Shown: positions 12,601 to 27,600 of the stretch, one piece after another
Position numbering within the stretch: position 1 is the first letter of the stretch
Layout of the letters: every line of letters starts with the position of its first letter
DNA from: Glycera tridactyla
Lineage: Eukaryota
DNA length: 64,000 nt
Direction: 5' to 3'
Assembly (NCBI GenBank): GCA_965644265.1
Contig: OZ286469.1
Coordinates: 39,866,001-39,930,000 of the forward strand
Notes under the pieces: model-generated
Databases searched by the model: none
Told to the model about the DNA's origin: nothing
The model's input: the letters and a program-made list of their open reading frames with translations, nothing else
Program-made: the position numbers and the translations under genes

Positions 12601-15600
12601 TCCAGCACCGAGAAGCGTGCATTGTATTGAAAATCGAATTGTACTTAGGTCTGGGGGAGTTATGTCCATGAGAAACATTCGATAGTAGGGTACTTCCACG
12701 ATTTTGTTATAAATGGGAGAGGTCATCGTGAGTTCAGGAAGGTATGCAATGTCTTTGCGTTTGATTTTTTGCTGATTTTGGACTATCATGAATTGAACCA
12801 TCTTTTTTGACTGTTCATATTGATCTCGGCTCATTACCACTGTCAGGACCAGAAGATTCTGGTCTTCCCAGTGCTGCTGTGAGCTATTTATCTTTGACAG
12901 TTCTAATCTTTGTGAGGGGCAGTCCTCTGACTGATTGAATTTTAACCCTCCTTCCTTATGGTTACATGTGCGTATATGCTGAGGAAGGGGATCAGTGAGG
13001 CTGGTTCGCAGTCAGCCATCATAGCGTCACCACTAACCTGGACCCTAGGGTGCACCCTCCCAGATGATGTTCAGACATCTGACTATATATATGTTGTGTC
13101 TTTGTAGGTCACCACAACATCGTGGGTTGTCTCAGCTGATGTTGTAACATCGATAGCAACGTACCTCAGTGTCAGTCAGGTGGTTTGCACATTGCCCGAC
13201 CCGACCCACAGCTATGAGGTCAAGATTGCCAACGATGGCGTGACCTTCACTGATACTCCAGTCAGAGTCTTTGTCTTGGACACAGACTGCTTCATGTGTA
13301 ACTTCGACGATGGAACATGCATGCCTGCAGTAAGTTTCTTTTCTTCCTAGACATCGTACTCATTGTGATAGTATAGTCAAACCTGCCCTAAACAAACACC
13401 GTACCTATCTCAAGTCACCATGCTATAGTCATCCAAACATAGTATTTCCACTTCAAACCACCTGTGTGATCTGTGTTCTGAGCATGCATTTTTGCATCTT
13501 CCCTCGCCTGCACGCGAAGGACAGATTTAACTCTATCTGAATTTGATATTGGGGAGGCTCATATCACTACATGAATGATGTACATTTGTCATCGAGTACC
13601 CACTTCTGACCAATGATGATCTGATCAGGAGTCAGACAAAACACATCTCTTGTCCTACCTCCGAGGCTCGTGCTTGTGAGTGGAAGCATTACTTGGAAGT
13701 ATCGACACATCATTTCGAGCACCCCCTCTTCGATGCAGTTTACTACCATTTCTTTCAGACATCGCTGATTCTGTCTGTTGTCTGAGAAGCAGCAGTCCAT
13801 CCAGGAATGCATGTAGCCCCGAATTCCCGTTTGCATATAGCATCATTCCATTGTGGTTGTATGAAACAGAGACAGGCAGATTTCAATCCAACCTGTCAGA
13901 TTTGTAAAAAGAAAAAACAAGAGATGCTGCTCATACAGAGTTTAGGTGATTTCTATTCATCTGATTGGGGAGCAACCGGTATCGAGAGTCTTGAAAATTA
14001 TGAGTCCCTGTTTCAGGATGATGCTTGTAATATTGATGGTGTCTGCTATAAACATGGTGATGTGAATCCTGCCAATCCACTTGAGAGCTGTGATGCAAAT
14101 ATGGACCAATTTGCATGGTCGGAGACAAGTAAGTATCTGGCCAACTTGGTCATTCCCTCTTCCCAAAGCTATATTGTTTATTTATAAATCCTAATTCAGG
14201 GCCCTTCCCATGGCATAAATCGGACATGTCGACTAGTCCACTTCCACTCATCCTGGCATATTTCATAAAGAATAGGGACTGTCAAACCAGACTCTCAATT
14301 GCTAGAAATCCATAGTAGACTGTGTCAATTCCTAGTTGTTCACTGCGTTATGAGACAATTGTTTCTAATAATAATCGTTTTAGTGTATATTAGTGATCTC
14401 ACTCTCATTCATGGCTATCCATTGATTTTTCAGACAGCCAACCAGTACTTTTCCTTCCACTGGACGAATGTTCACAAGGATATGATTTCTCACTGTACGG
14501 ACAGACAACAACATGGACAGATTTCTCATGGTGTCCTTCCCCAGACCCCGCTGACTATCGCAACATGGCCTGCTTCAGTGGTGACTCGACTGTAGTCACA
14601 GTGGATGCATCTAGCACACTTGATTTGCCAGATGCCATGACTATGACAATGCATGTATATGCACAGTCAAATGGCACAATGATCAACTATGGTGATGACA
14701 GTGGAGTGGGACTCACAATCACAATTGATTCAAATGGAGTTGCCACCTTGATATTCGAGACCGTCTCAAGGGATGATGATGCAATCAGAGCAACCGTGGA
14801 GTTTGCCAACTTCCCAATGGAGGAGCTGGTGTTTGTAGTTGCAATGTATGATGGCACCACTGGTGAGATGAGTCTCAGTGTGGACTTCCAACAAGCAACA
14901 TCATATACATATGATACACCCATCCAACTGAAAACCCAAGGCAATCTTTATGTTGGCGATTTCGACAATAGTGGCATCGTCGGAACGATCTCTTGTGTAC
15001 AGCTATTTGCCAAGGTACACACATCTGAGGAGATACAAGCGATGGTCCAGTGTCCTCTGGGTAAGTGTGCGATAGGAGCCTAGGAGGATCTAGATGTTCG
15101 CGAAGAACATATCCTGTATGTAGCATTCACACAACTATATCTCTCTACTCTCTATTGTGACAACTATTCTCTTACCTTTTCTCTTTTGTTCGGGAGGGGA
15201 CATGCATGACTCAGTTAAGACGAGTGGTTTTCACTGTGTAATCTTGAATCATGATGCTTACGTGTATGGAAGAATTTTGAGTCTGTGTTTGAGGGACTAT
15301 CGCAATGTCTACCCAATGATCTAAACGATTAGGTAACGTTCCAGATTGTAGAATTTCCTATTTTCCCAGGTCTATCCCATGCAAACATCTTTCATATTAG
15401 CAAATGCCTAAATGGTATATATATCATATTGATCCGATGGAAGGAAAATTTTAAAGACTGAATCCCTCCCTCGACAAGATTGAACCATATCAAATTTTTA
15501 TGTCTCTTCTAGGTCCTGACTACGATGTCGGCATACAAGGTAGATATGAAATGATTTCTCATTTACAATATATTATAGCCATCATATATGGGATTATGAT

Positions 15601-18600
15601 ATGATGACTACTAACCGATCCCAATGCCACCGCTTGTATTTCCTGTGGTATCTGGCATGTGTTATGATATCCCAATACGATCGTCTTTAGATTCCATGAA
15701 AGAACCATGCTGTTTTTAGAGATTCCCAATTGTCTGATATAAGCAACATATGGAATAGCAGAAATGATTGGAGTGTTCGACCATATCTTGATACTTTTTA
15801 TCCGGAAACATTTTCGTTATTGGTGAGATAACCCGATGTGACTCCTGCATAACTCAAAATGATTGATGCGAGTCATTTGGCTGAAAACGAAGTACCTCTC
15901 AGAAAAGATAGGGCAAACTGTGTACTAAAACAATGTTGTCTCTCATTTCTTCATAAATATAGGATATCCTATGATCAGTGGACTTCCAGAAATCTCACTT
16001 GAGATGGTAGAAGCCACAAATGAAACTGAGGCAACTTGGCAGTTGCGATGTGACAGCCCCACTTCTCCTGATGGAGTCATCCTGTATGCGACTGTATGGT
16101 ATGTCAATGATGTGGCCATTACTGAGGAGATCAACACCTATAATATGACCAAGGTCGACCAAGTCGTATCATATCTGACGCAAGATATCCTGGATTCTGC
16201 CAACATCACATATGTCACGTCGGTAAGTATTCAGCCAGGCCCATATTGGAGAGAGAAAGAACTTGATCTCAGGCACCATCGCTGGCAACCTATTCATGTG
16301 TCTGTGCTATGATGTGGTGATAATTGTTGGACGAACTTATGACCAACAAAATAACTTAAATATGATGAAAGATCACAAGACCCAAAACACTCAGTGTCAT
16401 AGTCATCAACAAGGCCCTCAAGTCCCTCAAGGTGACCTCTGCAATGAAAATCCCTGGGATATACTATGCTATGTCAGATTCGCTTCCGAGATTGGTTTTG
16501 CTAACTCTCGGACAAATGATATCTCTCGCAAGATGATTGTCAGCAGCTGGTGTTCATCTGGTGGCTTCTGTCTTCAGTCTCAGTGCCTAGTGAAATCATA
16601 TTTCATACTTCTATACCTTGTGTCTATTTTCAGATCATGTGCGAGGTCACGACCTGCTTTGCGGACGATTGCCTCTACCCATGTCCTCTTCGAAGTGAGC
16701 CTTACATTCCTGGTATTCAGGTAGGAGACACATTTATCGTCATCATATCGCGGAACATATATTCGTTTTCATGATCAGGTTCGACCGCATTATGTGAAAT
16801 ATATATTCGGACTGCATGATGAGTACAACATCAATCTTCGGACGATTCACTCAATGTCCTCGGGGGATCGGGCCTAGAAACACACTGTGAAATGTATGAC
16901 TTTTGTTTCCCCAGATATTGTTTCTGTATCCTGCAGCACATGGGTCTTGAAAATGCACTTCCTTTCGCTTGCTTGCCTGCATGATACACATTGGAAGCAC
17001 ATGAAAAGTGAGAATGGATTTCCACCTAGGTAATGGTCATGCATAACTAAGAATGGACCAGCAAATTATTGTACGATAGCGTTTGATGTGAGATACAAAA
17101 AAAATCTGATGTCAATATAATGGAGGCAATATACTAGTGCACAATACTGCAAAGAGACATCAAGTTCTGCAAAGGTATCAAGATGCATTCGTGTGCATAT
17201 GATCTTTTGGGTGAGCCATCAGTTTCATCCTCGAACGTCCTATTTTAATGATTCCATGTCATATTCCTAAAGTGCCATATTGAATAGATCTCAGAATGAG
17301 ATCCTCGTGACATGAGAATTTCAGTCAGCTAAGATGATTGAATGTTACTACTTTCAGGTGACAACGGAGTCATTGACGATTGCCGAGGGAGGCTCAGAAG
17401 GAATTGTTGAAGTTACAACCAACTTCTCTCCAGAATATTTCTGTGAGAACAGGACCCTTGCAGATGGCCGCGAAGTTTGCCAGATCAGTTTCTGGGGATA
17501 CGTTGAGACAACAGATACTGATCTACCTTGCTACGATAGTGGAGCAGTTGTATCTCAGGCTGTGGTTGGATATATCCCTGAATATCCTGATGAGTATCGA
17601 CGAACCTGTGGTCTGTACATCAACACATACAACTGGATGGAAACACTGCGTGTTCCTGTCTATGCCATGATTGACAGTGTAGTTGATGGAGAACAAAGTC
17701 GAACACTACATATGTTACACCAAGTAGAGTACAACACACTACCAGCAAACAGTCAGGGCATGACTGAGATCAAGACTGTTGATGTAAGTATATCAAAGAG
17801 ATTGACTGGATTTCATGTCTCATCTTCTGACAGTTCTATCATATCAGATGATGATCGCTAACATGTCCCTGCCCATCAATTGGAGTCAACTCATGCCAAA
17901 CCTCTATCAAATATTGTTTGTGTGCCTTTTGATAGTAAATCTCTTGATAGTAAATCTCTGATCAGCCTCGTATTCAGTTCATTTAAGATTACACGTCAGC
18001 TGAATCCTTATAGTTTGAGGAGACGCATTGGTAGATCTTGTTGATCGATGGAAATCATAATCACGACAATCTGGTTCATGGAGACATCACCTGAGTGATG
18101 GATGCCCATGATGCTGAATATCATTATGTGATTGAGTTTATCCCATCGAGTTCAAACAAAGTCTATTCGTAAAATATGATCGTTTATGGCATCAAGGTAC
18201 TACACTCCGATATAGGCTATCGTGATTTTTCATTCTCCAAAAGTTCATAACTGATGATTTGTTGATAGCCCAATGAAGGATCAGTCGACTTTTTTTATGT
18301 ATGGCCTTAAAGTGGGAGAAAGGACTTCGAATATCTCTCTCTGATTTGTCACTTATTCAAAATAGCAAATTTCCCGGTGATTTGTCATTGCCAAGTCATT
18401 CCTCGGTCAGAAAAAGAGCGAGTAAATTTGAATGAGTAAGATGAATATCTAACTTGAACGAAATCTGTGCATCATCTATTGTTACATTTCTCTCGCAAGA
18501 TGCTGCAATTTTTATGCATGGCACCTTAATCATGATTATATTTTTTTATTCGTGTTTTGCTTACAGCTAACCATCCAGGATGTCAACAATGATGTGGAAT

Positions 18601-21600
18601 GCCATGCAACTGGAGATCCCCATTACATCACTTATGACAAATAGTGAGTTGCTAGATCGGTATCATTCACTTAGGTTAGCCATTTGTGGAAGTGACTTGA
18701 CTAGTGCTCAACCTTTATATTCTTTCATGAGCATCAAAATGAATGAAGACAATTCCAAGCAGATATTGGTGCTCTGGTTATAAGGCATAGAAAGATTCTG
18801 TAACACGTCTTCGAAATTCTTTTAATATGCAAAATGAATGTCAAAAACTGAGCATTGAATTCATCACAAAATCCTATGCGTGATTATGTGTGTTGGTATA
18901 TGGTTATGTGCGTTTGCTGTACACTTACTGTTCACTCGCATTCATTTTCTTGTAATTGCTTTGTTTCAGTGAGTTCGATAATTACTTCGAGGGAGAATTC
19001 ATTTTGTATCGTCATAACGTACTGCCTTATGAGGTGAATGACCTTTGATTTATCGAGTTACAAGTTGCACATGCTTTTATCCATTTGACAAATATCTCCA
19101 ATGATATGTATTATAATACATGTATACATTCTATGGTCATCAATCAACTACTCGATGTTGGTTCCAGCCAGTTACATAGTTAGATATGCCATTATAGGTT
19201 TATTATGTATGTTCACATTAGGCAATACCTACTCTTCAAAGTGAATCTATTAGGTAGAGGTGTGTCTGAGCTGTCAGCTACTTCCACCTGACAACCTTTC
19301 AGTTTCCCCATCATCTTGTGTTCAGGTTTTGTGAGAGTGATGTCGGCAGGGGAGAGAACATCTAGCTTTCATTAACCAGGAACCCAAGGCATATATATAC
19401 CTAGGGTTGATACATACCATTAAACCTCAAACAAACAAACAAAAACTCGATGTTGGCAGAGCATTACTCTAGCAATATGATAGACTCATAATATTTGTTC
19501 ATAATACTCATCCATTGAATATGTGTGCTTCACAGGTGCGAACATTCTTGAAGAAGTGTTACAACACTGTTGCCTGCACATGTGCAGTGGCAGCTCGTAT
19601 CGGCGATGATGTGATCGTGATTGATTCATGTGCAAATGGAGGAAGCCTGGTGGTGCAGATGTATCTCAATGGAGAGCTGACTGCTGGAACTCAACTGCTG
19701 CAGTATGGCGGAGGCAGCTCATATCAGGTAAGTCGCATATACACTTTAAGAAAATCCAATGCATATGGTGAACATTACACTAGATAGACCTCCCGTTTTT
19801 TATGGAGTATCAGTGCAGAGATTTCTTCAAAAAGTTGTCATTAACAATAAGGCTAGAATGATGCGAATTGATTGTGTAGTGATGTAGATATCATGGATAG
19901 CATCAGCAACATCCACGGAGAGGTCAGAGAACATGTGTTTGTGTTGGAAATCATGTTGATGAATGTCATTGAATATCGTATAATTTGGAATACAGTCGTT
20001 GAAGTCATTACAAGCCTCCAGGTAGAAATGGAAATGGAAATGTTGAGGTTTTAGGTCCACTTTCTGCACTTGAATAGGCTAAATCAGACCACCTGCCAAG
20101 GAGGAGCGAAGATGAAGGGTGAAACGTTCCTGAATGACATAACATACATGATATTGATATCTGGAAGAATTACCTAGTAGAGATAACGATACCTCTGTTT
20201 TCTTTCAATTTGTAGATCATCTTCCCATCTGGATCTACCTTGACTGTAGAGTGGGGCTTCGATATCTATGTCAATGTGTACTTCCAACCATCCCCCATGG
20301 ACTGGGACAATTCGGGAGGTCTCTGCGGTACCTACGATGGCATTGCTGAGAATGAGTTCACTGGGAGTGATGGTGCCATTGACCCAAGTACTGACCGGCA
20401 TCCTGATGATTTCATTCTCAGCTGGAGGTAAGAAAATAGGAGTTCTCACGCTTCTAAATTGTATGTATCCCCATTTAAGATTGTGGTGAACACTGGTCTT
20501 TTTCTGGAAACCAACAGTTGCCCTATGGAGACATGAGTATATAGAACGATACCAGTTATATACAGCAGGCTGAAGTTCTATTGCTTTTCTCGTTTGCAGA
20601 GTTGAGGATGCTGATCTTTCTATCTACAATGGCTACTGTGGAGATGGATCGGGTGAAATGGATATCTCTGGTGATGTGTACTGTGATTGCCCAGCAGCTG
20701 AATCAGGAGAGTGTGGTGCAGCCATGAATGTTGTGCAGTGTTCACTATCAAGTATCACAGCTGGCTCAGTAGATGTGACCCAAACGTTTGTTGATATTGC
20801 TGTGGTGCCGGATGGATGTGCTGATCTCATATTCGATGCAGATCTCAACTTTGTACCTGTAAGTTGAAACAATATCACCAAATTTTCAGTCAATTACAAG
20901 CACAAATCAACAGAATATGTCATATTTCAGTAAGTTGAAAAGTATCACTTACTCTTCAGTCAGCTATTGTCCCACTCCAGCAGGATGTTGCATACCATGT
21001 TTCTTCCCTTGAGATGGAGAATAAAGTCAAAATGTTATCTGATATGCCATGAACGAACTATCTTCATGGATATCTCCAATCAACGGAAGGGTATTTCATA
21101 GTTTATATGGTACTTGGGTTTGTATTGGATCTGCCTGTGAGAACCTGAATTGAAGTAATACCAGAGTGAAAATCCATCTCATATGGCAATGACAGCCAGT
21201 GGTCTTACAGATTGAATATTGGCTGAAATCCGCGATATGACCTCATAGGTGAACATTGATGTAGTCTGGTAAGTGGGCCCATCCATTGTGCATATGTAGC
21301 TCATGGAAATATTGGCAAACTCATAGATTGGGATGACCTCATGATTTCGTGGATAATGTGAATTTCATCAATATTTACTTGCAGGGTGAGACAGTGCCTG
21401 TGATACCAGAGGATGAAGCCCGAGAGGCATGTGAAACAGCTATTTCAGCATCTGCGACAGTAACTGCTTGTGGTGCTACTGTCACCCTTGATATAGAGGC
21501 ACAGATCAACAGCTGTGTCTTGGATTATATGGTAAGTATTACTACCATAATTTGAATGAAATATTCTGATATATACTTCACATTATTCTTCTATCCCAAT

Positions 21601-24600
21601 TTTATGATTTTCGAGCAGTGATTGCACTCACCTATTTTATGTGTCTACAGGCATCTGGCATACTTGACTGGGCAGAGGCAGCCATCAATGCACTCACGCG
21701 TCAGTGTCTACGTACCCTTGCCACAGATACAAACCACTGGATAGCAGATGATGATGGCAATGTTGGACCTCCAAATGACATCACAGAACAGCTTTGCGAC
21801 AATGATTGCAGTGGACATGGTACCTGTGTTGGTAAGTAAAATATTCGTACACTGTACCGTGTCATCAGCGGGACTGTTTATACATCACCTCTCATATACC
21901 TCTGAAGCTGATAATCAAGACATCATCTCAAGCAGAAAATATTTACTGTGGAGAATCAGATCCAAATTAGACCAGATTTCAGATTTAAAATCTTGTAACA
22001 ATTTCATCATGGTTCCCCATCCAAGAGAAAAATCAATTGATGACACCTTATATCCACTCGAAAATGAACCATGGAATCATTATGTTAGTTTTGCACCTGG
22101 CTATGAAAGCAGAGAATATTGATTTGGTATCACACATTTGGCCTCTGCCCATATACTGGGATAATATGGAATGATAGCTCTTCCCCTTTTCCTGACATCA
22201 GCGTGGGCTAGAAAAAAGGCAATTTCGAATTCTAGTCATTTTGTGAAAATAATTCTTTGAAATTCAAATACCTCTCATTTTATTGCTGGCAAATCTCATG
22301 TTGGGCAAGAAGGGCCATAGTCCCTGCTTTCTGTTAAACATTTTCATAATCTTAAAATTATTATCCGTGAATGCTAATTGTGTCTGACTGGCATGAAACA
22401 TTCATTTTCAGGTGGTACATGTCAGTGTGATGACGGATGGATGTTGGGTGATTGTCACCAACAAGTGACAGACCCGCCAGCGATCACCCAACCTTGTATA
22501 ACATGTGATGAATCTTGTGATGAGACAGTGACTATTGCTGGAACAGGATTTGCTGATCTGGATACTCTGACCTGCCAGTTCACCACAATATCTGTAAGTG
22601 GATCACCTTTGGTCACGTACGATCATCTTACCACTAAATCATACTATTATGTTGGAATGTAATGACTGAAGATAGAAGTTGATACTGCCAACGTCTCAAT
22701 TTGGTGAGACCAATGCATATCGAAGTCCGTAAACTATGTGAAATGCCATGATTCACAATAGGTATTGTCAAGTTTTCTGAGATAGTCCTAGTTTTTAGAA
22801 TGACAAAACTTTCTATTGATTGTTTCCTGTTGCCTAACTGTGGGATCATCTTTCAGGTATCGGCAACAACATGGGAAGTGGGCAGTACTGTGTCCACATC
22901 AGCTGCGACATACTTCAACGCAGGACAAGTCAGATGTCCTCTACCTGATCAAACGGGAAGTTATCAAATCGCCATGTCTAATGATGGGACTGTGTTCAGT
23001 GAGACCAACCTGGTTGTTCTCACTTATGATGCTCGATGCTTCATATGCGACTGCGTTGATGGAACATGTTCTCAGAAGGTAACACTATAATATTGCATCA
23101 TCAGAAATATTCACATAGTTTCCCATTGACGCCCATACGTGGATATGTCTAAGATAATGTGGTGCAATGTGTTTTTCAAAAACCGCTCATTATTATCTAG
23201 CTTCCGAAAAGTATGAAGGAAACGAACAATAATTGTGAAAGTCGAGTGCTATATGCTCTACTAATAGCAATATATCAAAGATAATGGTTCATGCATGAAT
23301 TTGCTTTTAAAATATGTAGAACAGAGTAATATTGCCTTCACCTCCATATACTTGCAATATTTGAATTATCGGCGACCATCACTCTTCAGGTGGAGGTACT
23401 CAGATTCCCTGCTTCTCAAAATTGAGACAAGTTTGTATGCATTGTTATTCCATCCACAGGTTCTGATTACCACCTGCACAAACTGTAATTGGACTAACAT
23501 GTATATACTATTGAACTCTTGACCACTTCTGTACCCTATGATTCCCCTACCCCCACACCCATCATTCTTGGATGGAGTAGCTCTAGTCGTTTTCCAATCA
23601 GTTCTTTTGTATAATGTCAGTTCTTTTGTATAATGTTGAATGCTTTACATTTCCAGGCTGACACGTGTGTTATTGGGGATTCCTGTTATGTTGCTGATGA
23701 CATCAACCCCAGTAACCCTCTAGAGGTTTGTGATCCTGGTCGAGATCCAAATGCCTGGTCAGAAGAAGGTAGGTTACCCACACTCATCTCACTACCATTT
23801 CCTCCGTGCTGATCCCCTTGGTCACCAAGACTTTCAAAGGAAAATCTCATTGAAATAGATTTATATTTGACTTCAGACCAATCATCCTTTTGTGAATTCG
23901 CCAATTTTTATCATAAGCGAATTCCTGCGATGTCAGAGAGTTCTTAGTCATTACTTACAGATTCTATTGACTGCATAAGTGTCAATTAGTAGCGATCCAC
24001 AAATGCAAATTGGTTTGATCTCTGATCACGACCGGTTGTAGATCTTCGACCTCCTGACTGTAAAAATAAAACGTGTCCAACATGCTGTCCAGTCGCAACA
24101 AACAGTCACTAATATTTTGTAACATTTTGTAACAGATGCAGAGTTTTCATTCTATTTTGACACACTCAAGTTAAAGGATATTTGGGCCTGGTTCTGCTGA
24201 CTGACAATTGTAGCAAATTGTTGACTCTATCACTCGGCAATCCTCGTACATGCTCCCAAGCTCGTCTTTGCTTTATGATGATATCACCCCATTCATACCC
24301 TCAGGTATGAGCAATATGCTCATCCCTTGGTTGGACAGACTTCTGAAACTTTCACTCTGAATGTGTTCGGCTGATGCCTCCACAACTCATGTGCAGGATT
24401 GACATCATTGCTACGATATTGAGCCAGCCTAACTTCGACTTGGCAGGAACGTTTTCTTTGTTAGCAAAACTGAACAGCCGGGAGATATACATTCCATTAA
24501 AGCATTTCCATGTTAGTACCCATGATATTTTGAAATACATGAGGTTGGTATGGATATTTTAATTCTTCTCTTGATACATAGATTTTTCGTCGATTTCCAG

Positions 24601-27600
24601 ATGGTCAGCCTCTTCTTTTCCTGCCTCTCAACGAATGCGCACAAGGATATGATTTCTCACTCTATGGGCAGACAACCACATGGACAGATTTATCATGGTG
24701 CCCATCTCAAGACCCTGCTGAATATCACAATGTGGCTTGCTTCAATGGTGCCACAACCATAGTCACTGTGGATGCATCCAGTACACTTGATGTGTCAGAC
24801 TCCCTGACTATTGCAATGCGTGTGTTTGCCCAGTCAAATGGCACAATAATCAACTATGGTGATGACAGTGGACTGGGACTTGGTATCACAATAGATTCAA
24901 ATGGAGTTGCCACCTTGATATTTGAGACTGTCTCAAGAGATGATGATGACATTCGGGCAACCGTGGAGTTTGCCAACTTCCCATTGGAAGAGCTGGTGTT
25001 TGTAGTTGCGATGTATGATGGCACCACTGGTGAGATGAGTCTCAGTGTGGACTTCCAACAAGCTACACCATTCACCTATGATACACCTATTCAACTGAAA
25101 TCTCAAGGCAATCTTTATGTTGGAGATATTAACACTGGCAACTATGTAGGTACAGTCACATGTCTACAGCTATTTGATAAGGTCTTCACATCAGGAGAGA
25201 TCCAAGGAATGGTGCAGTGCCCAGTGGGTGAGTATACGTTGTAGGCTTTATGGCAAGCCATGAACAAATTGTATATTCAAAAATACATAGTGGGGCGATG
25301 ATAACTAATTCTTATTCTAAAATCTAGTGCATGTAATGGCAATTAATATTAACAATATTGGATTTCGAATAGACCCATAGGAACTGAACCATACACTTAT
25401 GACATACAGCTCATATATGAAAATCTTCATAGCAGGGTAGGGCAATCTATGGCCTATTATGTGAATATGTTACGCTGTCATTATTATACATAATTGACCT
25501 CAACCTACCACATGTCTTTCACATCCCTTTCTGTATGCACCACATTTGGAATGCATTTTTGAGGTATGCAAAGCTTCATCTACATTAGAAATCCTGTCTT
25601 CGTTTCAGGTCCCGATTATGATGTTGGCATAGATGGTAAGTATGAGTCTTTTCATTTACAGATCATTCTTGTATTTCTGTGAAGCGATTCTGTGGTTATG
25701 ATGATAATATATATTGAGAGATTCAACAACAGTCCAACTGTTTGGATCAATTAGTCTCAACCAGTTCTAATGTCACGATATTGCTGAGATCTCTGGCAAA
25801 TGATTATGACCATTTACGTTGTCAGATACATGGTATGATGAAACTATATACATATTCGGATTTGTAATCTGATTAATGTCTATGTCCGTGTTTTCCTTTT
25901 CCACGAATATAGGGTATCCAATGATCTCTGAACCTCCAACCATCTCACTTGAAACCTTTGAAGCCACAAATGAGACTGATGCAACTTGGCAGCTACGATG
26001 TGACAGCCCAACCTCTCCTGATGGTCTCATCCAGTATGTCACAGTGTGGTATGTCAATGATGAAGCAATTACAGAGGAGGTGATTGTATACAACATGACA
26101 GAAGTCGACCAAGTTGTTTCATATCTCACCAAGGACATTTTGGATTCTGCCAACATCACATATGTAGCATCGGTAAGTCATGAATTCAGAGAGGAATTGA
26201 GATCGAACGGTGAAGCAATAAGCAGTCGAGTTGCTGTTGATCCTTCGATCAAATGCAAGTCATTCACCCAATTTTCAACTCTGTTCGAATTTCTGATAGT
26301 GGCATTTATAGGAGAGCCACAATCATATACAAATGCCAAATCACAGTGTTCATTAACTGGAAATAGCTGAAAATAGCACTGCCAAGTTGGAAACATATTC
26401 CAAAATGGTATATATTCTCGAAAGACATTCGTCTAGCCTATATTATGATGCACGTATGAATACTTATGTCAGTTCTTTATACTCAACTTTTGAGACAGCA
26501 TATATTTTTATCATGTTATAAACTGCGAATACTGGTTCGAAATATACAACGAAGTGATGATAAAATGTGATGAAAATTGTGATCTCCACTCTTCCCTTCT
26601 TTCAGATTTCATGTGAGGTTACAACCTGCTTCGCAGACAATTGTCTCTACCCCTGTCCCCTTCGAAGTGAGCCTTACATTCCTGCTGTTCAGGTGAGAGG
26701 ATTGAATCCCTGTGTATATAAATATATTTTATATTTGCTCCAGGTTACGATAGTGATGCCACAATACAGTTGACGACCATATGCAAATCTAAAGCCGATT
26801 CCTTACACTACACATATGTATCAAAATTAAGACATCAGAATTCACTGGAACGGCTTCGTGGCCGCCAAATATGGATTTACACTAATCATTGTAGGTCACT
26901 TTTGATGAGAAGAATAGGCACTGTCCAGAATAAAACACAGGATGATATCAGGATGGAGTTTATAATTCCACGTCAGTTAGTGAATGTCAACTGGATTGTT
27001 GATAGCTGCATCCGATTCTTTTCTGTCTGTTTGCATAAATGGATCTTCAACAGTCTGGTTGATCGGTTGGCAGATTGGTTATCATGACCTACTCTCAAAT
27101 AATGCACCTTTGTTGAGTCATGATAGGGATCGAGGTCATAGAGAGCTGTTATGACATTCCTCATAGAGAATATCTCGTAGAAGTGAAATATTCACGAAAC
27201 TCACATTTCTAATTTCTAATGCCCATTCCAGATATGTTTTTGAATATCCCAAACATACAACCATCTGATTGTGCCAAAATATTTGAAATATTGGTACATC
27301 GGCTACTCTCCATAGTCCAGTCAGATGGAATAACAACAGCACATCATCGAGCATAGTGAGAGTAATGATTCTGAATCATGAAACAAAATGTTGTTTATTG
27401 TTCACACAGTTGATATCTTCCAGATAATTAAATGTATCTTCCCTTCTTCCAGGTCACAACAGACACATTAACGATTGCTGAAGGAGGCTCCGAAGGAATC
27501 GTAGAGGTCATAACTAATTTCTCTCCAGAATACTTCTGTGAAAACAGGACTCTGGCAGATGGCCGTGAAGTTTGCCAGATCAGTTTCTGGGGATACGTTG

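Noticed and set aside
19162-19230. tRNA gene or clear Pol III promoter at the SINE head
   Set aside because: A and B boxes are too degenerate and no cloverleaf can be drawn.
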